The notes beneath the pieces are model-generated. The model made no database searches and was not told the origin of the DNA. It was given only the letters and a program-made list of their open reading frames with translations. This document shows, in pieces, positions 9,130 to 18,654 of a stretch of 64,000 nt of DNA; positions within the stretch are counted from its first letter, which is position 1; each line of letters starts with the position of its first letter. The DNA lies in the NCBI GenBank assembly GCA_947313825.1, contig CAMZNJ010000055.1, forward strand, positions 480 through 64,479. Direction: 5' to 3'. This DNA is from an uncultured Deferribacteraceae bacterium. Its GTDB lineage: Bacteria; Chrysiogenota; Deferribacteres; CAMZNJ01. A program made the position numbers and the translations under genes.

Positions 9130-10086
9130 CTACCCCAGAGCGTCAAGCTTGGAGATATCATCAAGCTTGGAGATGCTTATGGCGGTTACGTTCGGATCGA
9201 TTTTCTTGATGAGACCCGTCAAAACAGAGCCTGAACCTATCTCGATGAACGTATCAACACCACTAGCAACAAGGTTGGTAATGGTATCTGTCCAACGAAC
9301 CGAACTCGTTACCTGAAGCTTCAACGCCGACTTTATCTCGTCAACATCAGACGACGAAACACCAGTAACGTTGCTCACAATGGGAACAGATGGTGCAGCA
9401 AACGTAAGCTTGTCCAAATATGGCGACATCTTCGCCTGAGCTCCAACCATCAGACTAGAGTGGAACGGGGCACTCACCGGCAACTTGATTACACGCTTCG
9501 CACCACGCTCTTTAATGGCAACACCAAACGACTCCAATGCAGAAAGATGACCAGATACAACAACCTGACCAGGGCAGTTGAAGTTCGCAACCTCAACCAC
9601 TGAATCTGAAGACGACATGGTACTAGCAACCTCTGAAACATCGCTGTCAGATGCACCCAAAATCGCCGACATACCGCCAACACCCGAAGGCACTGCACTC
9701 TGCATAAACGATCCGCGATGGTAAACAGCAAGCAAAGCAGACTCCAACGACAAAACACCACCAGCAACCAAGGCAGAGTATTCGCCAAGGGAATGACCAG
9801 CATAGTAAGAAACTCCTGAACCATCACCAAGGGACGCAATACGCGACCTAACATGCTCATGCAACGCCGTGCTAACAAGAACCATGGCAGGCTGAGTGTT
9901 TTGAGTGCTACCTAAAGCCTCCTTGTCCTCGCCAAACATTATCGACGTCAAGGAGTAGCCCAGAGACGAATCGGCACTATCGAAAAGGGCACGTATCTCA
10001 GGGGAAACGCTCTCAGATGTGTAAACATCATGACCCATGCCCAATACCTGAGAACCCTGACCAGGGAAAACAACTGCTATTTTCAT
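9130..10086 (-). CDS. fabD: Malonyl-CoA:ACP transacylase
   Basis: FPGQGSQ, GHSLGEY, VSAPFHS. Confidence 0.96.
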   Translation of the reverse strand: MKIAVVFPGQGSQVLGMGHDVYTSESVSPEIRALFDSADSSLGYSLTSIMFGEDKEALGSTQNTQPAMVLVSTALHEHVRSRIASLGDGSGVSYYAGHSLGEYSALVAGGVLSLESALLAVYHRGSFMQSAVPSGVGGMSAILGASDSDVSEVASTMSSSDSVVEVANFNCPGQVVVSGHLSALESFGVAIKERGAKRVIKLPVSAPFHSSLMVGAQAKMSPYLDKLTFAAPSVPIVSNVTGVSSSDVDEIKSALKLQVTSSVRWTDTITNLVASGVDTFIEIGSGSVLTGLIKKIDPNVTAISISKLDDISKLDALG

Positions 10087-10139
10087 AATAAAAACCACCA
10101 AAAATATAAAATCAAAAACAATACGTCAATAAAAATAAA

Positions 10140-11171
10140 TCAATACGTCAGCAGGAACGAACCGTAAGAGATACCACCACCAAGGGTCGCACCAACAACA
10201 TTGTCGCCACGCTTAATCTTACCAGAACGAATACCCTCATCCAAAACCGTTACAATACTAGCAGCGATAACGTTACCACGGCGATCAAGGTTGATGATAG
10301 CATTATCCATGTCAAGGTTTATCGCCTTGGCAGCAGCGGAAATAATGCGTATATTCGCCTGATGGGGAACAAACCAGTCCACATCCTCCAAACGCAACCC
10401 AGCACCGTGAATCGCCTCCTCAGTGATAGAAGCAAACTTACGCACAGCAAGCTTGTACATCGCCTGACCATCCATACCCAAGGGTGCATGGGTACAGCTA
10501 TCATCACCGTCGGCACAGCTGTTGCTCGCCTCGGGGGCGTTGGGAGCAAGAGCGTGTGTGGTTACGGGGGAGTTCGACTTCACGCCAACACCAAGGGTAA
10601 GCATGGACGCGTGGTACGGATCAGCACCAATGGACGAGTATCGCACACCGGGGGAGTTATCAGCGGAAAGAACAACAGCACCGGCACCGTCCCCGAATAG
10701 CACAACTGTACTACGATCTGTCCAGTCAAGTATGGAGGACGATTTATCCGCAGCGATTAGGAGAAGGTTTTTCGCCGAGCCCCCTTCAATCATCATCTTC
10801 CCCATGTGTAGGGCGTAGCTGAAGCCGGAGCAGGCGGCGGAAAGATCGTAGCCGAAGCAGCCGTTTTTGATACCGAGGCGACCGATGAGTGCACAGGCAT
10901 TGCTGGGCATCATGGTGTCGGGGGTGATGGTCGCATAAATCACACCGTCAATACTCTCCAAACTAATACCCGAAGCCTTCACAGCCTTTTTCGCGGCATT
11001 CACAGCCATGTCAAGATTGGTTTCGTCCACAGCAATATGACGCGATAGGATACCTGTACGAGTGCGTATCCACTCGTCATTCGTTTCTAGGAATGAGCTA
11101 AACTCGTCGTTTCGCATAACTCGAGGTGGAAAGTAAGACCCTGTGCCTGTAATTCTAGCATATTTTTTCAT
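10140..11171 (-). CDS. fabH: 3-oxoacyl-ACP synthase III
   Basis: AACSGF, LFGDGAGA, PHQANIRII, RGN. Confidence 0.96.
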   Translation of the reverse strand: MKKYARITGTGSYFPPRVMRNDEFSSFLETNDEWIRTRTGILSRHIAVDETNLDMAVNAAKKAVKASGISLESIDGVIYATITPDTMMPSNACALIGRLGIKNGCFGYDLSAACSGFSYALHMGKMMIEGGSAKNLLLIAADKSSSILDWTDRSTVVLFGDGAGAVVLSADNSPGVRYSSIGADPYHASMLTLGVGVKSNSPVTTHALAPNAPEASNSCADGDDSCTHAPLGMDGQAMYKLAVRKFASITEEAIHGAGLRLEDVDWFVPHQANIRIISAAAKAINLDMDNAIINLDRRGNVIAASIVTVLDEGIRSGKIKRGDNVVGATLGGGISYGSFLLTY

Positions 11172-11187
11172 TATAATTGCACCTAGC

Positions 11188-12240
11188 TTAAATTGAGGGT
11201 GCAGTATCCATGGTATTTAGGTCGTTCAGATAGTCAACGGATTCGGATACCTCAGCATTAAGCTTCCCAATAATATCTTTTTTCGACAGGTGTTCGCACA
11301 TCTTGATACCGTTGGCAATGGCGAAAGCGTTGGCTGAGCCGTGCCCGATGATACTGATGCCATTGACCCCAAGAAACGGAGCACCGCCATAGCTATGGTA
11401 GTCTGCTTTTTTGGAGAATGCACGCAACGCACGAAACATGAATAACGCCCCTATCCATGCAAGGGGATCGTATTTTATCTGCCCTTTGATGGACGACATT
11501 GCCATCTTGCCAACAGATTCGGTTATTTTGAGGGTAATATTGCCAGTGAAACCGTCGCAAACAACAACGTCTGCACCGTCGAGGTAGAACTGTTTCGCCT
11601 CAACATTGCCAACGAAATTAATAGCACCCTCTTTGCCCAATTCGCTGAGCATAATGTGGGAGCGTTTGGTAAGATCGTTACCTTTAACAGCCTCTTCCCC
11701 AATATTGAGGAGTCCGACGGTGGGTTTCTCCACACCTTTGAGAAGGCTGAAATAAACAGAGCCCATTACGCCGAACTGAAGAAGGTTCAGGGGTTTGCAG
11801 TCAACGTTGGCACCAAGATCGAGGATGAGGGATTCACCTTGCATGGTCGGCAGCATGGTCGCAATGGCTGGACGGTCGATACCGTTGATGCGTCGAAGAA
11901 TCATCAGTGAGCAAGCCATGACCGCACCAGTATTGCCGGCACTGTAAAAACCGCTCGCAAGCCCCTCTTTCACGAGCCCAAGACCGACGTGCACAGATGA
12001 CTGACGTTTCCCACGCAAAACTTTGGCGGGCTGATCATCCATGGTAATTACTTCGTCGGCGTGATAGATTTCGAATGTGCCTGAGGGGAGTTTCGGATAT
12101 TTACGCAGTTCAATCTCGATAACTTCAGTATCGCCAACAAGGATAGATCGTACCTTATATTTTTTGGCAGCTAAAACAGCTCCCTTGATAACAACAGAGG
12201 GACCACCATCGCCACCCATAACATCTACTGCTACTCGCAT
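11188..12240 (-). CDS. plsX: Phosphate acyltransferase
   Basis: VAVDVMGGD, SAGNTGA, LDLGAN, VCDGFTGN, GHGS. Confidence 0.96.
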   Translation of the reverse strand: MRVAVDVMGGDGGPSVVIKGAVLAAKKYKVRSILVGDTEVIEIELRKYPKLPSGTFEIYHADEVITMDDQPAKVLRGKRQSSVHVGLGLVKEGLASGFYSAGNTGAVMACSLMILRRINGIDRPAIATMLPTMQGESLILDLGANVDCKPLNLLQFGVMGSVYFSLLKGVEKPTVGLLNIGEEAVKGNDLTKRSHIMLSELGKEGAINFVGNVEAKQFYLDGADVVVCDGFTGNITLKITESVGKMAMSSIKGQIKYDPLAWIGALFMFRALRAFSKKADYHSYGGAPFLGVNGISIIGHGSANAFAIANGIKMCEHLSKKDIIGKLNAEVSESVDYLNDLNTMDTAPSI

Positions 12241-12262
12241 ATTAATAGTTGAGGTGAATAGC

Positions 12263-12436
12263 TTACTGAGCTATCACCGCTTTCCCTTTATAATAGCCAC
12301 ATGATGGGCATACGGTATGAGGTACAACAAGCTCACTACAGTTTGTGCATTTGGTTGGCGTAACGATTATAGCCCTATGATGGCTACGTCTGTTGTTGCG
12401 AACCCTTCTGCTTGTTTTCTTCTTTGGATTAGGCAT
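12263..12436 (-). CDS. rpmF: 50S ribosomal protein L32 (zinc-ribbon type)
   Basis: Hand-translated, 57 aa: MPNPKKKTSRRVRNNRRSHH..CTNC..PHTVCPSCGYYKG; GGAGG SD; lies between yceD and plsX. Confidence 0.95.
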   Translation of the reverse strand: MPNPKKKTSRRVRNNRRSHHRAIIVTPTKCTNCSELVVPHTVCPSCGYYKGKAVIAQ

Positions 12437-12636
12437 AACAAGCCTCCTACAGCGTGTATTTATTTATAAAAACAGCAACCATGCATACAAAAATGAGATG
12501 CAGGTGGCTTCCGTCAATACTTCAGTTCAAAACCTTAAGTTTATCAAGGTGTTACATTGTACACCAGTTTTTAAATAAAATCAAATTATAATCCCTGCCG
12601 ACCTCAAACGCTACCAATAACGGGGCTCCAAGCCTA

Positions 12637-13269
12637 CTACGAACTACTATCGCGATCCTCTCGTTTGCCCAAAGCCTCGCCAAGATTTTTAAACGGCGTA
12701 CGGACATCCTCTTTGCCAAAACCGGAATCATCCCCTGAAACGTAATCCCCCACTGATGCACAATCCGGGGAGCAAACATAACGATAAGGGAGGTTCAGCA
12801 TGAGCTCTTCGCCGATAATATCCCAAGGATCAAACTCCTCGGAATCAACAATATAATACTCTGAGTCGTTATTGTCCTCGCCAGCTAAGCCATCGGTATC
12901 GTCAACGTCAACGTCGCCTTCACCAGAACCAGAACCAGAACCGTAACCATAACTATAGTGTTCCTCAGTGCCAGCTTCAAACATGGACTCAGAAAAACCA
13001 CCGCCAGCCTCGAAACTTACGTAAACCTCGAGCTCAACAGAAGAACAATGGGTAAAACCCGCAAAACACCTGTCGCACACAGTGGGCATAGAGTATTCCA
13101 GCTTACCCGCCAAAATGGCACTCGTGGACGAAACACCCCTCGCAACACCAACAAATGTGGCAGAAAACACACCAACACCATCAACATCGAGGCTGTTGGA
13201 CAGATCAAGATCCTCTTGACCGGTATTACTGTCGTACAAGCTTGCGAAGTCTATCATCATCACCACCAC
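12637..13269 (-). CDS. yceD: YceD/DUF177 family protein
   Basis: CDRC..IGEELMLNLP..CSPDC..TPFKNL; canonical position upstream of rpmF. Confidence 0.85.
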   Translation of the reverse strand: MVVMMIDFASLYDSNTGQEDLDLSNSLDVDGVGVFSATFVGVARGVSSTSAILAGKLEYSMPTVCDRCFAGFTHCSSVELEVYVSFEAGGGFSESMFEAGTEEHYSYGYGSGSGSGEGDVDVDDTDGLAGEDNNDSEYYIVDSEEFDPWDIIGEELMLNLPYRYVCSPDCASVGDYVSGDDSGFGKEDVRTPFKNLGEALGKREDRDSSS

Positions 13270-13339
13270 CGTGCACCGTGCCCCTTACTTATTGAATTGA
13301 ATCACAACAGCTAAGTTATCAGCTTTAGCAATAACCTTA

Positions 13340-13369
13340 ATTTTACAACCATACCGACCAAGCTGTCAA
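13340..13369 (-). promoter_or_regulatory. sigma70-type promoter of the yceD-rpmF-fab operon
   Basis: TTGACA-18 bp-TAAAAT. Confidence 0.6.
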
Positions 13370-13443
13370 GATAAATAAATCCAACAACAAAAAGAGATGA
13401 CCACAAATACAAAAAATAACACCAAAACCTACACCGCAACGCA

Positions 13444-13488
13444 GGAAAGCCCTCGACAGCGGAACTTATCCACCACCGAAGGCTTCCC
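13444..13488 (-). terminator. 20-bp stem hairpin downstream of the PTS gene
   Basis: GGGAAGCCUUCGGUGGUGGA-UAAGU-UCCGCUGUCGAGGGCUUUCC pairs fully on the minus strand with G-U wobbles; U-rich sequence further downstream. Confidence 0.7.
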
Positions 13489-13550
13489 TAATCGTGCATC
13501 GTCCAGAGGTACAAACTAGCGATTTACATAACGCCAATCAGCACTCCAAA

Positions 13551-15104
13551 CTATTTCGAACCAAGAATAACGTTGATACGGTTTTTAATATTGTCCGACC
13601 TTGTGCCGTAAACAATCTGCACGCCGTTACCAATAATATGGTGCTTGCCACCGGATACAGCTTTCAGCTTGTCCATATCGATATTCGCAGCCGAAACAAC
13701 TGTAATACGCAAACGTGTAATGCATGCATCAACATTCTTCAAGTTGCTCAAACCGCCCAATGCCTCGATAACACTGTCCGCAACGTTCTCTGTCTCTGAA
13801 CCGCTGGACGAAACATCAGCCGCATCAACAACCTCATCACGACGACCAGGGGTAGCAAGGTCGAACTTCACAATAATGAAACGGAAACCGAAGTAGTAAA
13901 TAACCGAGTAGAATACTCCAACAACAGGAATCATCATCCAGTTAGTACGATCCTGACCCTGCAATATGCCGAATAGAGTCAAGTCGATTATACCACCCGA
14001 AAACGTTTGACCAACTGTTACGTTGAAGTAGTCCATGAGCATGAACGACAACCCCGCAAACAAAGCGTGTACAACGTAAAGAAGGGGAGCAACAAACAGG
14101 AACAAGAACTCTATGGGCTCAGTAATACCTGTAACAAACGCTGTCAATGCTGCCGAAAACAGAATACCACCAACAACCTTGCGATGCTTAAGCATGGACG
14201 TATGATACATAGCAAGAGCAGCTGCCGGAAGACCGAATATCATAAACGGCATCTTTCCTGCCATGAAACGTGAAGTCCCCTCATAGAAAGGACCTGTGCC
14301 GTGATCAGCTAGCTGAGCAAAGAAAATATTCTGAGTACCAACATAAACATGACCACCAACCTCAAGGGTACCACCAACAGCCGTCTGCCAGAAAGGAAGG
14401 TAGAAAACATGGTGCAAACCGAATGGAATCAACGAACGCTCAATGAAACCATAAAGGAATGTTCCTGCAAGTCCGCTAGAAAGAACAAGGGAGCCCAAAC
14501 CCTCAATACCGGTCTGAACGAACGGCCATACTATTGTGGCAATATAACCAACAAACAGGAATGTGAACGATACGACGATGGGAACAAAACGAGTACCACC
14601 GAAGAACGCCAACGCTTGTGGCAATTCAACATCGTAAAACTTATTGTGCAGTGCCGCAGTAATGAAACCAGCGATAATACCACCAAAAACACCCATCTCA
14701 AGGGTCTGGATACCAAGAACACTACCCTGACCAACAGATGCCAAACCTTCAGTTGCCAAGTTGCCCTGAATACCAAGAACAGCGTTGATTGTTTGGTGCA
14801 TCACCAAAAAACCGATGGCAGCAGCCAAAGCAGATGTACCACGCTCCTGCTTAGCAAAACCGATGGCAACACCGATGGCAAACAACAGGGGCAGGTTCGC
14901 AAAAACAACTACACCGGTTTTTGTCATAACGGTAAAGATGGCTTGCATCACCGCAACATCAAGAACAGGGTAGGCAACAATCGTGTTGGGGTTGGATAGT
15001 GCACCACCAATTCCCAACAAAAGACCTGCCGCTGGCAATAACGCAATGGGCAGCATAAACGAACGACCGACCTGCTGCATAATTACAAAAAATTGAGCTC
15101 TCAT
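13551..15104 (-). CDS. PTS glucose/maltose-family EIICB transporter
   Basis: GRSFMLPIALLPAAG, FGLHH, TGITEPIEF, EIIB DACITRLR; AGGAGG SD before ATG 15104. Confidence 0.93.
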   Translation of the reverse strand: MRAQFFVIMQQVGRSFMLPIALLPAAGLLLGIGGALSNPNTIVAYPVLDVAVMQAIFTVMTKTGVVVFANLPLLFAIGVAIGFAKQERGTSALAAAIGFLVMHQTINAVLGIQGNLATEGLASVGQGSVLGIQTLEMGVFGGIIAGFITAALHNKFYDVELPQALAFFGGTRFVPIVVSFTFLFVGYIATIVWPFVQTGIEGLGSLVLSSGLAGTFLYGFIERSLIPFGLHHVFYLPFWQTAVGGTLEVGGHVYVGTQNIFFAQLADHGTGPFYEGTSRFMAGKMPFMIFGLPAAALAMYHTSMLKHRKVVGGILFSAALTAFVTGITEPIEFLFLFVAPLLYVVHALFAGLSFMLMDYFNVTVGQTFSGGIIDLTLFGILQGQDRTNWMMIPVVGVFYSVIYYFGFRFIIVKFDLATPGRRDEVVDAADVSSSGSETENVADSVIEALGGLSNLKNVDACITRLRITVVSAANIDMDKLKAVSGGKHHIIGNGVQIVYGTRSDNIKNRINVILGSK

Positions 15105-15227
15105 ACTTCTTCCTCCTAATAAACAAAAATGTACTAAGACTATTAGATTTGCAAAGAACAATATAACACCAAACTAGTACTAAATTGTAATTGCGAAGCC
15201 ATACCAGCTCTCTGCACTACCTGAGGG

Positions 15228-15257
15228 TATCTTATAAGATATTACAAGGCGTGTCAA
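15228..15257 (-). promoter_or_regulatory. sigma70-type promoter of the PTS gene with an overlapping 14-bp palindrome
   Basis: TTGACA-17-TAAGAT; TATCTTATAAGATA at 15228-15241. Confidence 0.55.
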
Positions 15258-15494
15258 CAGGGGCAAGACATACCCAAGAATATAGAACAGTGTTTTGTGT
15301 TAGATATTTATACCGTATGTTTTGAAAAATAAAAAAGGAAGAAAGAGGGAGAATTCTATCGCCAAGGGGCAATTTTCCCGCCAATTCGTAAATATAAAGG
15401 GAGCCCGCCATTAGCATTCAGTAGAAATAAAAATTAGATAACAATAAGTACTCTGGGAGCTACCGAATAGCAACCGACCCACTTTTTAAACATG

Positions 15495-15542
15495 GGAAAG
15501 CACCACTGCACAAGGGTATTACCCCCATACAGCGATGCTTTC
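15495..15542 (-). terminator. About 22-bp stem hairpin downstream of ushA
   Basis: GAAAGCAUCGCUGUAUGGGGGU-AAU-ACCCUUGUGCAGUGGUGCUUUC, with G-U pairs on the minus strand. Confidence 0.7.
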
Positions 15543-15580
15543 TTAGAAAATTAGGAGCATGCAGTATTATAAACAAACTT

Positions 15581-17299
15581 TTATTTATAAACTACATCGC
15601 CATTATTGTTATACATATCCACATCCACGGGTGAGTGCTCTGTTAGGTACTGCATGAGCACCTCTGCGTCAACAAACCCTGTGTTTACGTATGTTGGGTG
15701 GTCAGAGAGTTTGGGGTAACCATCGCCACCAGCGGCGTTGAAGCTAGGCACAGCTAGGCGGTATGTTTTCCCCATGTCGATGGGTTCCCCGCCTATCTTA
15801 ACGTTGCTCACTCCGCTACCGTCGGCAACAAATGAAACGCCGGCAAACTGTGCGAATCCACCTGATCCTGCTGGGATATTTGCGACAACAGCTAAGTAGT
15901 CCATAACTTCTTTGCCGGTGAGGTCAGCGTATGTGATGATGTTGCCGAATGGTTGGACGATGAGTACGTCGCGATAGGTAACGTCCCCTGCAGGGATGGA
16001 GTCCCTTACTCCGCCGGAGTTCATTACGCCGATGTCGGCATTGGCACGTTCCATTTGTGCTACTGCGATGAGGTGTCCGAGGTTGGTTGGTTGCAGTCTG
16101 ACAACACTTCTATCCCCTTCGAGTTTGCCGTTGATTGATGCTTTGACAACATTGAGTTCGTCGCTTCCTTTGTCTTGGAATGGTTTGAGGAATGCTAGCA
16201 TGTCGGCGTCTTCCATGATTTCGTCTTGGATGAAGACACGTTGTGTTTCGCCGTCAATTTCCACTTTCTTTTTGAGGTTAACGGGTATGAGTTGGTAGTT
16301 GGTGAGAGTGAGTTCGCCGTCTTTGAACTGGAAGTCGGCACGTCCTACGTATTTGCCCCATTCGTGTGCTTGCACAATCCATGCACCGTTTTGGAAGTCG
16401 GGCATGCATTCGTCGCCGGGTTTGTAGCCTTTGTTGACAACGTTTGGAGCTTCCATGCAGAGTGGTTCTTGTGAGTGTCCGCCCACGATCATGTCTAGGT
16501 CGCCTTCAGTTACGTACTGTGCTAGTGCCACGTCTCCCATTTGCATATTGCCGTCGTAGTGTCCCATGTGGGTTGCGGCGAAGATGAGGTCGGGTTGTTC
16601 GTCTTGTTTTAGTTTGGCGATGACTTTTACTGCTTCAGCTTTGGGATCGCGGAATTCTATTCCGACTGTGTATTCGGGGTTACCGATGGTTGCAGTGGTT
16701 TCGGTGGTTAGTCCGATTACGGCGATTTTGATACCTTGTTGCATGAAGATGGCGTAGGGTTGGAACATGCGTTCGCCGGTTTCTTTGTCGTAAATGTTTG
16801 CTGAGAGTAGAGGGAAGTCTGCCCATTCTTCTTGTTTTTTGAGTGTTTCTAGTGGGTTGTCGAATTCGTGGTTACCGATGGCCATTGCGTCGTAGCCTAG
16901 TTTGGTCATCCCTTTGAAGTCTGGTTCGGCGTCTAGTAGGTCGGATTCAGGCACACCTGTGTTGATGTCGCCGCCGGATAGTAGTAGTAGTGAGCCGCCG
17001 TTGGCGTCAACTTCTGCTCTAAGGGAGTCGATGAGTGTTTTGCGTGCTGCCATTCCGTATTCGCCGTTGTTGTTTTGCCAGAATCGTCCATGGTGGTCGT
17101 TGGTGTGTAGAACGGTGAGGTTGTAGGTTACTCCTTTTTCCCATGTTTGTGTGCTTTCGGGCTTATTTTTGGTACATGCCACAGTTGTTGCGAGGGCGAC
17201 TGTGATTATGCTTCCTAGTAGTAGAGTGTTGAGTATTTTGTTTCGGGGTTGCGTAGTGCTGTTCCCCTTGCTGGTGCTAACCGAAAAACCTAGTTTCAT
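15581..17299 (-). CDS. ushA: 5'-nucleotidase/UDP-sugar hydrolase, lipoprotein
   Basis: LHTNDHHGRFW, GGDINTGVPESD, GNHEFD, HMGH, GGHSQ; TVAC lipobox. Confidence 0.93.
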   Translation of the reverse strand: MKLGFSVSTSKGNSTTQPRNKILNTLLLGSIITVALATTVACTKNKPESTQTWEKGVTYNLTVLHTNDHHGRFWQNNNGEYGMAARKTLIDSLRAEVDANGGSLLLLSGGDINTGVPESDLLDAEPDFKGMTKLGYDAMAIGNHEFDNPLETLKKQEEWADFPLLSANIYDKETGERMFQPYAIFMQQGIKIAVIGLTTETTATIGNPEYTVGIEFRDPKAEAVKVIAKLKQDEQPDLIFAATHMGHYDGNMQMGDVALAQYVTEGDLDMIVGGHSQEPLCMEAPNVVNKGYKPGDECMPDFQNGAWIVQAHEWGKYVGRADFQFKDGELTLTNYQLIPVNLKKKVEIDGETQRVFIQDEIMEDADMLAFLKPFQDKGSDELNVVKASINGKLEGDRSVVRLQPTNLGHLIAVAQMERANADIGVMNSGGVRDSIPAGDVTYRDVLIVQPFGNIITYADLTGKEVMDYLAVVANIPAGSGGFAQFAGVSFVADGSGVSNVKIGGEPIDMGKTYRLAVPSFNAAGGDGYPKLSDHPTYVNTGFVDAEVLMQYLTEHSPVDVDMYNNNGDVVYK

Positions 17300-17420
17300 G
17301 TATATCTCCTATGTTTTATTATTCGCCTAGTTGCCGTCATGCTCAGGTTTTGCAGAGGAATAAAGGCAAAGGCGTTTTATAAATATTTATCTCTACGCAT
17401 CACCATTAATACACACGTAA

Positions 17421-17449
17421 ATACTATCATAGTTGCAACTTTAAGTCAA
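17421..17449 (-). promoter_or_regulatory. sigma70-type promoter of ushA with palindrome AGTTGCAACT in the spacer
   Basis: TTGACT-17-TAGTAT with extended TG. Confidence 0.55.
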
Positions 17450-17537
17450 TAATATTTTCCAACGCCGAAACATGGCAAATGGTGTTTTCAGAAAATAATT
17501 ACTATTCGTGGGTTTTGTTATATTTTTGCAAAAATAC

Positions 17538-18479
17538 CTACGCTGTTACCTTGGCGAACAGTGTTCGAACGTTCTTCTCTGTTTGGCGAACAATCTCTTC
17601 CATTGATACCCCTTTTACGCGTGCAACGGTGTAGGCTGTGTAGATTGTGTTGTGTGGTTTGTTCCCTTGTCCGCGGAACGGTGATGGTGTTAGGTATGGT
17701 GCGTCTGTTTCCACTAGGATGAGTTCCATGGGTGTGTTGGCGATATCTTCGCGAATGAGTTCGGCGTTTTTGAATGTTGCGTTCCCTGCGTATGACACGT
17801 GGAAGTTGTTTTCGAGGCACCATTTTAGGAGTTCGGCGTTTCCGGGGAAGCAGTGCATGACTCCCCCTTTGCATTTCGGGTGCGAGGTGTATGTTTCCTG
17901 CAGTATTTTCATTGTGTCTGTGTGTGCGTCGCGGTTGTGTATTGCCACGGGCAAACCTGTTTGCAATGCGACTTCTAGTTGTTCGCGGAATGCTTGTTGT
18001 TGTAGTGTTTTGCTTGGTGCGTTGTCGTAATGGTAGTCTAGCCCTATTTCGCCAATACCTACAACTCCATCTTGTTTTGCTAGTATTGCGAGTTGTTCTG
18101 CGTCTGTTGTTGTGTAGTTGAATACGTCTGAGGGGTGCAGTCCTACTGTGGCGTAAACATGTAAGTCGTCCCTGTTTTTGTTGGTATTGACGTACTTTAC
18201 TAGTTCGATGTTTTGCTGTGAGTCTTCCAAGCTGATGCCTATGGCTATGGTTCTGTTTACGCCGAGGTTGGCACCCTGCTCCAACACTTCCAACGCCTCA
18301 GCATAGGTGTCCATGTACGGTTTGACCATGTGTGCGTGCGTGTCTGTGAGGAATAGCCCCTGCTTGCCGAGTCTGGTCATCTCTTCGTGCAGTCTGATTA
18401 CCTCTGCTTTGTGTTGCTTCCCTAACAGTGTCGGTGCTTCGTTCCCCTCTGCACTTTTGCTTCCGGCATTGGTGGTCAT
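17538..18479 (-). CDS. tatD: TatD family hydrolase/DNase with N-terminal extension
   Basis: TDTHAH, GLHP, GEIGLDY, IHNRDA, HCF, ETDAPYL. Confidence 0.92.
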   Translation of the reverse strand: MTTNAGSKSAEGNEAPTLLGKQHKAEVIRLHEEMTRLGKQGLFLTDTHAHMVKPYMDTYAEALEVLEQGANLGVNRTIAIGISLEDSQQNIELVKYVNTNKNRDDLHVYATVGLHPSDVFNYTTTDAEQLAILAKQDGVVGIGEIGLDYHYDNAPSKTLQQQAFREQLEVALQTGLPVAIHNRDAHTDTMKILQETYTSHPKCKGGVMHCFPGNAELLKWCLENNFHVSYAGNATFKNAELIREDIANTPMELILVETDAPYLTPSPFRGQGNKPHNTIYTAYTVARVKGVSMEEIVRQTEKNVRTLFAKVTA

Positions 18480-18654
18480 GGTTGATCCCCTCGGCTAAGA
18501 TGGTGCTTGCCTAAATGGTGGTATTTTTATATAATGTTGTTGTTTAGGTGGCAGTGTGGTTTGCGGTAACGTCAACTGCACTCAACAGATATATAATACT
18601 TTGTTACGTCATTTTATTCAACACACAAATTCATAACACACGGTGGTAACAACC

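Noticed and set aside
15232..15493. Small ORF or pseudogene remnant between the PTS gene and ushA
   Set aside because: No SD and no recognisable homology; the ORF runs through the predicted PTS promoter.
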